From Candidatus Undinarchaeales archaeon (lineage in GTDB: Archaea > SpSt-1190 > JASMDC01), in contig JASMDC010000001.1 in assembly GCA_030753015.1 (NCBI GenBank), positions 128,001 to 192,000 on the forward strand: a stretch of 64,000 nt of DNA, in the 5' to 3' direction. The notes beneath the pieces are model-generated. The model was not told the DNA's origin, made no database searches, and was given only the letters and a program-made list of their open reading frames with translations. Made by a program: the position numbers and the translations under genes. Positions 57,637-64,000 of the stretch are shown piece after piece (position 1 is the stretch's first letter; every line of letters begins with the position of its first letter).

Positions 57637-58332
57637 CTACTCCTCGCCCTGGGTGTCGAACGCCCGCCGACCCAGCAGGTACAGTTCCTTACCCTCGCCC
57701 CGCATGATGTGCTCGACGGCCACGCCCATCTCCATGAGCGCTGCCCGTCCAAGGTCCTCGAGCTCCTTCTCGTTCCCATCTCCCAGCTTGAGCACCTGGA
57801 GGACCCGTCCACCGGTGATCAGTAATGGTAGGAATCGTGCAGTGACGCCCAAGGAGGCGATCGGGTCCGCGGTGAGGTCGTTGAGGACGAGCGTCACGGG
57901 CTCTCCTTCGGTGATGATGGAGGGATCCACGGTGAAGGCGTCGGCGAAGGTCACCGAGACGTTGGCGGACCGGCCCCTCACCCCCTCGAGGGTCGGACGG
58001 AACTCATCGGTCACCTCGATCCCGTACACATGAGCACACCGGGGTGCGCAGTAGAGGATGAAACCTCCCGCGCTCGAGCCGAGGTCCAGTACGATGTCCT
58101 CCTTCTGGACGAAATACCACGCACCGTCGATGGTCGCGAGCTTGCGGTACCCGCGGGGGAGGATGCCCTCGGGCGTCACCTCGAGCCGGGTGGACGGATC
58201 CACCCTAGCGGACGGCTTGGTCACGACCTCGCCGTCCACCGACACGAGGCCGGCGATGACGGCATTCTTGGCCCTGGTCCGTGACGGTAGGAGCCCCTGC
58301 TCCACGAGCGCAGCATCGAGGCGCATGGTCAT
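57637..58332 (-). CDS. TlyA-family RNA methyltransferase (S4 + FtsJ-like)
   Basis: MRLDAAL..GL..SR..A...I.AG.V.VDG, RGYRKL, LDLGSSAGGF. Confidence 0.88.
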   Translation of the reverse strand: MTMRLDAALVEQGLLPSRTRAKNAVIAGLVSVDGEVVTKPSARVDPSTRLEVTPEGILPRGYRKLATIDGAWYFVQKEDIVLDLGSSAGGFILYCAPRCAHVYGIEVTDEFRPTLEGVRGRSANVSVTFADAFTVDPSIITEGEPVTLVLNDLTADPIASLGVTARFLPLLITGGRVLQVLKLGDGNEKELEDLGRAALMEMGVAVEHIMRGEGKELYLLGRRAFDTQGEE

Positions 58333-58496
58333 CTACAGGGACATGGCCCTTGAAAAGGTTTCCGGCCAGGACAGCGCCGTCCCGGGAATCCCGTTAAGAG
58401 AAATGATTATGGGATTGCCTTCCACAGAGGCGGTCCGGGAAAGAGTCATCGCACCGGACGTCGCGGATCATAACGGCAGGGTGACGTCCGTCCCGC

Positions 58497-59435
58497 TCAC
58501 AAGTACTCGAACCGGACGGTGCAAGGCGGGCCCACTTTCGTCATCTCGGCCCGAGGCTTGACCTTTGCGGTTTCCTGTTCGTAGAACATCTCGCCCAGGT
58601 CATTGGACACGAAGTCTGTCGGCACCATGACAGTGAACGTCTTCTTCGTACCGACGCTCTTGCACCCGTCGCATTCGGGGAGGCGGTGGCATTCCTCATC
58701 TTCCAGGAGCCAGACATCGGTGAAGGGGATGATCTCCACCTCGTTGATCCCCTCCTTAACCTTGTGGAAGTCCATGGACATATGCTGGATGACCGATGGT
58801 GGGATGGGTGCCTTCCCGTTGTTCTCGATGATGAAGCATAGCCGTTCCTCGGGCCTACCCTTGCATCGTCCCACCGGACCGGTGCAGTAGCGTGCCTTCT
58901 TACACTGCATCTCGAAGACCCAGTCGCCGCCCGCCATGCCCTCTGCCACCTTCTCGGCGGTGAGCTTCCTGACGGTGGTGATGAACGCGAACTGGTAGGC
59001 GATGGCTAGGCCGAGGACCATGATGAACGCGCAGATGATGACCGCCGACATCATACCGGAGCCAGCGTCCTCGTCCGCGAAGATCTTCGCCAGCTCGCTC
59101 TCGGCCCCGGGATCGAGACCGTCCATACTGGCGGTCGTCAGGCTGGCATCCTGCGAGAACAGGCTCCCCTCAAGGGCGAGCGGTGGTCCCTGTCCGGGAG
59201 GGAGATACGATTGCGAGGTGGTATCAGTGCTCGGATTCCATTTCGAGTCGCTGTAGTCGCCCCACGCCGACTCGTCCTGGACCGCGGGCATTGCGGCGAT
59301 CATCTCACCGGTGAGCTCGCCGCTACCTACCGAACTTATCGGTGTGCCGCACTTCGGGCAGGCAAGCGTCGGATTATCCTGACTGTACCTACCGCTGTTG
59401 CCACAACCCGCACAGGTGTAGTACACCCACTCCAA
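58497..59435 (-). CDS. Zn-ribbon-TM-Cys-containing membrane protein
   Basis: CAGC...CPKC N-terminus, one TM (AVIICAFIMVLGLAIAY), C-terminal domain with several Cys. Confidence 0.65.
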   Translation of the reverse strand: MEWVYYTCAGCGNSGRYSQDNPTLACPKCGTPISSVGSGELTGEMIAAMPAVQDESAWGDYSDSKWNPSTDTTSQSYLPPGQGPPLALEGSLFSQDASLTTASMDGLDPGAESELAKIFADEDAGSGMMSAVIICAFIMVLGLAIAYQFAFITTVRKLTAEKVAEGMAGGDWVFEMQCKKARYCTGPVGRCKGRPEERLCFIIENNGKAPIPPSVIQHMSMDFHKVKEGINEVEIIPFTDVWLLEDEECHRLPECDGCKSVGTKKTFTVMVPTDFVSNDLGEMFYEQETAKVKPRAEMTKVGPPCTVRFEYL

Positions 59436-59509
59436 CGATATCAGGACTCCAATGAATACTCAGTCCCTAGGCTTATATAAAGCTTATTTCGAGTGGCGGA
59501 TAATTCCGT

Positions 59510-60583
59510 CTAATCCTCTCTCTCACGCACCTGGAGGACGCGCTGTATGCGCAGTGACTCGTCGATGATCGTCCGGATGAGGGATGTGCCCAGTTCCCGG
59601 GGGAGGCCGAGACGCGCGCATGCCTCGGTGAAGTTCTCTGTGTTCTTGATCTCCTGGTCCGGAACTCGGAGGGAGAGCCCGTACCGACGCTTGATATCGT
59701 AGATCTCCCGCGCCACATGGAAACGTTCCCCAAGGAGGGACGCCATGGCGAGGTCGACGCCCCGGAGGCGCTCGCGGAGCCGGGCGAGCTCCTTCTGGCC
59801 GGATGGTGGGACCTCGTCGAGCGTCGTACGGGCCTTCGTCTCAACGACCGTGCCGCCCCGCAGGTCGTCGAGGCATGTCACAGACACGTGCGTACCCTCA
59901 TCGATGAAGTCCAACGCCTTCCGCTGGACGATGGGCGAGCCGTTCTTTGCCAGGGTGAGGATGTCCTTGGTGCTCATGGTGGAGAACCGTGCATTCCTGA
60001 CCGCTCTCTTTGGATCGTCGGGATAGCAACCGTCCACGTCCTTGGCGAGCACGACACGCAGGCCGAGGAGACGTCCGACCAGTATCGCCGAGAGGTCGCT
60101 CCCGCCGCGCCCGAGGGTCGTTATACGCCCATCCCCGGTCATACCGAGGAAACCTGACATGACCACAGTCGTCCCCTTGTCGAGTGCCTCGCGGACCTTA
60201 TCGAGGGCCGCGTCCGTCATGTCGAGGAGCGGAGTGGCGTCCCCGAAGCGGTCATCGGTTATGATGGGCCATTCCCCGTCGTAGGGCGTGAGCACTTTCG
60301 TATCGATGCCCCGGTGCTCCAGTGCTGCACCCAGGATGCGGCAAGTGGTGACCTCTCCCTGGGCCAAGATGGAATCTACGGCATCGGGTGATGTGATCCC
60401 GGCACCCAGGGCCGTCGAGAAGAGCCGGTCCGTCTCCCCCTTCATTGCCGAGACGACGATGACGGCAGGGAGACCGAGGGAATCGTTGATGCTCTCGATC
60501 ACATGGCCTATGTCCAGTGGCGTGGCGAGCACGGACCCACCGACCTTCACCACGTATGGAGCCTTTGTCCCCTTGCGTGTCAT
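59510..60583 (-). CDS. Aspartate kinase domain fused to chorismate mutase (AroQ/CM_2) domain
   Basis: VVKVGGS, VVSAMKGETD, GFLG, TTLGRGGSD, KDVDG..DDP; C-terminal LARLRERL..VD....LL.ER...A.EI...K......RVPDQE. Confidence 0.85.
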   Translation of the reverse strand: MTRKGTKAPYVVKVGGSVLATPLDIGHVIESINDSLGLPAVIVVSAMKGETDRLFSTALGAGITSPDAVDSILAQGEVTTCRILGAALEHRGIDTKVLTPYDGEWPIITDDRFGDATPLLDMTDAALDKVREALDKGTTVVMSGFLGMTGDGRITTLGRGGSDLSAILVGRLLGLRVVLAKDVDGCYPDDPKRAVRNARFSTMSTKDILTLAKNGSPIVQRKALDFIDEGTHVSVTCLDDLRGGTVVETKARTTLDEVPPSGQKELARLRERLRGVDLAMASLLGERFHVAREIYDIKRRYGLSLRVPDQEIKNTENFTEACARLGLPRELGTSLIRTIIDESLRIQRVLQVRERED

Positions 60584-60648
60584 GACGAATCACACGAAGG
60601 ATGCGAAGCTATAAATTCCTTGATGGAATCCTGTGTATCGAGCAGACC

Positions 60649-61155
60649 ATGCAACAGGGAGGGTACGGGCAGGCTGGATATGGCCAGGGTACCTACGATC
60701 GTAGTCAGTACCAACAGTACTATCCGGCTTATTACACCTACAAGACCTATGCCAACACCCGCCAGTACCAGGAGAGCGTCGTGAGCGGGGACAATCCGGC
60801 CCATCCGACAGCATCCAGCTCGGGCTCGAAGGGAGACAAGAAGAAGCAGATGGCTGTTGCGGCCGTCATCGTCGTGGCCCTCGTCGCCGCAGCCGTCCTC
60901 TTCAACATGGGAGAACCGAAGATAGATCCCACCCTGACGGACAAGGTCAGCACCGATCCCGATTCCAGCTACGTGATCGGTGTGTATGTGACGGAGGGTG
61001 CGCCCGAGGACATCCAGGGCTACTTCAATACGAAAGGCGCCAAGTATATAGGTAGCAAATCCAACGCCTCCATAGTGCTCGCCGAGGTCCCGGGGAGGGA
61101 CATCGAGGTTCTCGGCAGTGAGGACTGGGTGACGAGGATCGTCAGCCAGGAATAG
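60649..61155 (+). CDS. Single-TM protein with Gln/Gly/Tyr-rich N-terminus
   Basis: MQQGGYGQAGYGQG..YQQYY; KKK then TM; small C-terminal alpha/beta domain. Confidence 0.65.
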   Translation: MQQGGYGQAGYGQGTYDRSQYQQYYPAYYTYKTYANTRQYQESVVSGDNPAHPTASSSGSKGDKKKQMAVAAVIVVALVAAAVLFNMGEPKIDPTLTDKVSTDPDSSYVIGVYVTEGAPEDIQGYFNTKGAKYIGSKSNASIVLAEVPGRDIEVLGSEDWVTRIVSQE

Positions 61156-61179
61156 ACTCCCGCCCGTACGGGAAGAGAC

Positions 61180-62082
61180 TCATTCGTTCGACTTCTCGAA
61201 CAGCTCCTTGATCTGTACCTCGCGCTGCTCCACGTCCCCCGGATCCACACGCGGGCACCAGGAACCGGGCGACTCCACCGCGAATGAGGCCAGCGCCGTG
61301 CCGGCGAATGCCGAGGAGAGTGGGTCGGCGTTCGACGCGTACCGAGCCAGGAAACCGCCGATGAACGCGTCACCGCATCCTGTGGGATCGGTGATGGGGA
61401 GGTCGAGGCTGGGGATGGTGTGAATGTTCACGCCATCGAAGATAATGCAGCCACCTGTCCCGATAGTGATGACCACGCAGCCCACTCCTTGGGCGTGGAA
61501 CGCCTCTGCGCACGCTTCAAGATCGTTCTTACCGACGAGAGCCCTGGCCTCGAACTCGTTGGGGAAGGCCAGGTCGACCGATCCGAGGCCGGGGAATCCC
61601 TTGATACCCTTCTTCTCGTAGATCTTCGCATACGTCTGGTTGAAGTCGAGGCTCACGAGACTCGCGTTCCCGTCCATCGCTATGATGAACTTCGACTGGA
61701 GGGGAGGGGGCATGGGACAGATGTGCGCGAAGAACGCTCCATTGTAGGAGTCGGGCACAAGGGACGGGCTCAGTTGTTCGGAAACGCCCTCTTCCAGTTC
61801 GATCGATGTAGCGTCCCCCTTGTCGTTGTAATAGTAGTCGATACGCGTGGACTCGCCCTCGATCTCGGTGAGCCCGGAGGTATCGATACCATAGTACTCG
61901 AGGTCGGTGATCCAGTTCTTCGGGAAATCCGGACCCACGGCCGAGACGAGCCCCGTCTCCAGACCGAGCTGGACGGCCGAGGTAGCCACGGCAGGTGCCG
62001 AGCCCCCGGGCAGTACCTTCTCGCGTCCGTCAGGGTAGATGATGCGGTCGATGACCGAGTGTCCGATGGTAATCAGGTCCAT
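61180..62082 (-). CDS. PfkB/ribokinase-family carbohydrate kinase
   Basis: PGGSA, VGPDF, PNEFEA, DPTGCGDAF. Confidence 0.92.
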   Translation of the reverse strand: MDLITIGHSVIDRIIYPDGREKVLPGGSAPAVATSAVQLGLETGLVSAVGPDFPKNWITDLEYYGIDTSGLTEIEGESTRIDYYYNDKGDATSIELEEGVSEQLSPSLVPDSYNGAFFAHICPMPPPLQSKFIIAMDGNASLVSLDFNQTYAKIYEKKGIKGFPGLGSVDLAFPNEFEARALVGKNDLEACAEAFHAQGVGCVVITIGTGGCIIFDGVNIHTIPSLDLPITDPTGCGDAFIGGFLARYASNADPLSSAFAGTALASFAVESPGSWCPRVDPGDVEQREVQIKELFEKSNE

Positions 62083-63032
62083 TTACGTCCCTCTCCGATG
62101 GTCTCTGCGACCTCCATTATGTCCTCGTGGGAGGTGGTGAGCATGTTCTCGATACCGTTGCCCTGGATGACGAAGGACGCTGCCGCGCATCCGTTGACCG
62201 CAGCGTAGTACACGTCCTGTTCCTGGGCATAGGTGGCCAGAAAGGCGCCAGCGAAGGTATCACCTGCACCAGTGGGATCGGTGACGTTGGTGACCTCATA
62301 GGAAGGTATCTCCCAGATGACCTCGTCGTCCGCCACGACCACGCCCCGCTCGTCGCACTTGAGGCAGAGCACACCCTTGAAGAACCGCTGGAGATGGTCG
62401 GCGATGCGCACGAGTTTGCGTGATGTGAGCGCACCCGCTGCCTCCTTGGCCTCCGGCACGCTCATGAGCTTCCCATCCTTGATGTAGCGGTAGAGCATGA
62501 CCGCCTCCTCGCGGTTGGGGAAGTAGAAGTCGGCTTTAGCGAACACCCTGTTGGTGAACACGTAGTGCTCACGGAAGATCTCGGCGGAGATCGAGTCGAG
62601 CGAGACGGCCGCGCTCCCCGTCGCAAGCTCCTCGATGAAGCGCTCCTGGAGCCGTGGACTGTTGGGGCAGAGGTGGATGATGCGGGCGTTGCGTCCATGT
62701 GTGGGGATGTCGTCGAGGCAGAGGGAGTTGCCCACGTTGATTTCGTAGTCGCAGTAGGTCGCCTTGAAGGCGTCGTGCTCGATGGTGAACCGCGTCGAGC
62801 GGCCTCCTGGTATGATCCTGAGGCCGGACAGGTCGATGCCGATCCGCCTGAGGCTCCGCAGGTAGTCGAGACGGAAGTCCCGGCCGATACGGCCGACGAG
62901 GCAGGTGTCGCCCTTGAGGAGCGATGACGATATCGCGGTATACACCGCGGCACCCCCCTGTGCGTCCACGAGGTTACCGCTGGAGCCCACCCGGTCCATG
63001 GAGACGTTCCCCACAACAGCGATATCCGTCAT
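62073..63032 (-). CDS. PfkB/ribokinase-family carbohydrate kinase
   Basis: GGAAVY, IGRDF, PNREEA, DPTGAGDTF. Confidence 0.92.
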   Translation of the reverse strand: MTDIAVVGNVSMDRVGSSGNLVDAQGGAAVYTAISSSLLKGDTCLVGRIGRDFRLDYLRSLRRIGIDLSGLRIIPGGRSTRFTIEHDAFKATYCDYEINVGNSLCLDDIPTHGRNARIIHLCPNSPRLQERFIEELATGSAAVSLDSISAEIFREHYVFTNRVFAKADFYFPNREEAVMLYRYIKDGKLMSVPEAKEAAGALTSRKLVRIADHLQRFFKGVLCLKCDERGVVVADDEVIWEIPSYEVTNVTDPTGAGDTFAGAFLATYAQEQDVYYAAVNGCAAASFVIQGNGIENMLTTSHEDIMEVAETIGEGRKWT

Positions 63033-63200
63033 AGTCTACCAGCCCACCCTGAAGGGTAACCCATTTGAATGTATCGTAGCCGTCGGCTGAAGTTCCGAAC
63101 AACTCATATGGACCTGTTCAGAACAACGCAGCAAAACATAAAAGAGGTCTTTCGCACTCCTTAAATATATTTTGAACGACCATCCTATCACGTGACGGAG

Positions 63201-63959
63201 ATGGCCGACGCATCGCCTAAGGGATTCGAGACCGAGTATGCTGCATGGAACGGATCACAAGAGCGCGTACTCAGTATCCTCGATGAGGTCAAGGAATCAG
63301 CGAAAGCCGGGGGACTGCAGCCGCCCACTCTGGAAGAGCTAGGGCTACACCCTTCGATCATGCCCGAGCTCTCCGACACGATGGTGTCATCTATCACAGA
63401 CAAGGACGTCAGAGACGCTTATCTGTTCTCGATCGCCCTCGCCAGAAAGTTCACGATCAACTTCTGGAACGGCCAGGGGTACCCCTTCAAGGAGGGGTGC
63501 GAGCAGCACGCTGAGAGGTTCATCTGGCTCAAGGACTCGCTCTCCCGCCGCCCTCCTGTGGTCGCCTGGGCGGACACTCTCCAGTCATTCGTGTCCTCGT
63601 GCCTCGAGTTCTTCGACGGGATAAACGCGATGCCGGAGTTCGAGCGCAAGGATGATCTCCTCTTCTCATGGGGAGTGTCCTACGCGTACATATCCCTGTT
63701 CGACGTGGCCTTGAACGTCAAGTGCCGCTACTATGATTGTGAGATTGATGGGGCAGGGAAGGACCAGCCCAAGCTCCTGCTCTCTACCGGCGACGTGTTC
63801 CTCGAGGACGGGGATCCCGTGAAGGCGGCCGAGTATATGCTCCAGGCCTGGCGGAACGGGGACAAGAGCATCAAGGATCAGGTGAACAAGCGCATCAAGC
63901 ATGTGAAGGAGATAGATCCCGATGTCGCCGCGACGCTGGCGGGTCTGATCAAAAAGTAA
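63201..63959 (+). CDS. Hypothetical helical protein with TPR-like C-terminus
   Basis: LLSTGDVFLEDGDPVKAAEYMLQAW resembles a TPR helix pair; TATA upstream. Confidence 0.65.
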   Translation: MADASPKGFETEYAAWNGSQERVLSILDEVKESAKAGGLQPPTLEELGLHPSIMPELSDTMVSSITDKDVRDAYLFSIALARKFTINFWNGQGYPFKEGCEQHAERFIWLKDSLSRRPPVVAWADTLQSFVSSCLEFFDGINAMPEFERKDDLLFSWGVSYAYISLFDVALNVKCRYYDCEIDGAGKDQPKLLLSTGDVFLEDGDPVKAAEYMLQAWRNGDKSIKDQVNKRIKHVKEIDPDVAATLAGLIKK

Positions 63960-64000
63960 GCATATAAAACTTCATCCATGACAGCCCCAGTATGCCACGC

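Overview
GC-rich archaeal chromosomal segment: it has archaeal D-aminoacyl-tRNA deacylase, TrmB, a TFB-core-like protein, a class III signal peptide, TATA-type promoters and a CCA-less tRNA-Thr. A DPANN/Undinarchaeota-like origin is only a guess. The backbone is surface-glycosylation and housekeeping genes (GT2 and GT-C transferases, glmS, glyA, nfi, udp, an M1P guanylyltransferase/PMM fusion, tlyA, two pfkB kinases). Unusual loci: (1) an integrase-less integron cassette array (CALIN, ~50970-52690) with two clear attC sites and a third interrupted by a CTAG-bounded element encoding a non-canonical, possibly rolling-circle, transposase; (2) two tandem giant surface-protein genes sharing about 9 copies of an uncharacterised ~130-aa winged-helix-like repeat, followed by an ATP-grasp ligase; (3) a coiled-coil/wHTH gene embedded in three classes of short DNA repeats; (4) a TFB-core-only protein with an upstream dyad repeat array; (5) a bacterial-type thiolase/FabH/FabG/CoA-transferase cluster bracketed by ~240-bp repeats beside tRNA-Thr and carrying a decayed IS1-like element; (6) an aspartokinase-chorismate mutase fusion. 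All calls come from reading motifs by eye; no searches were run.
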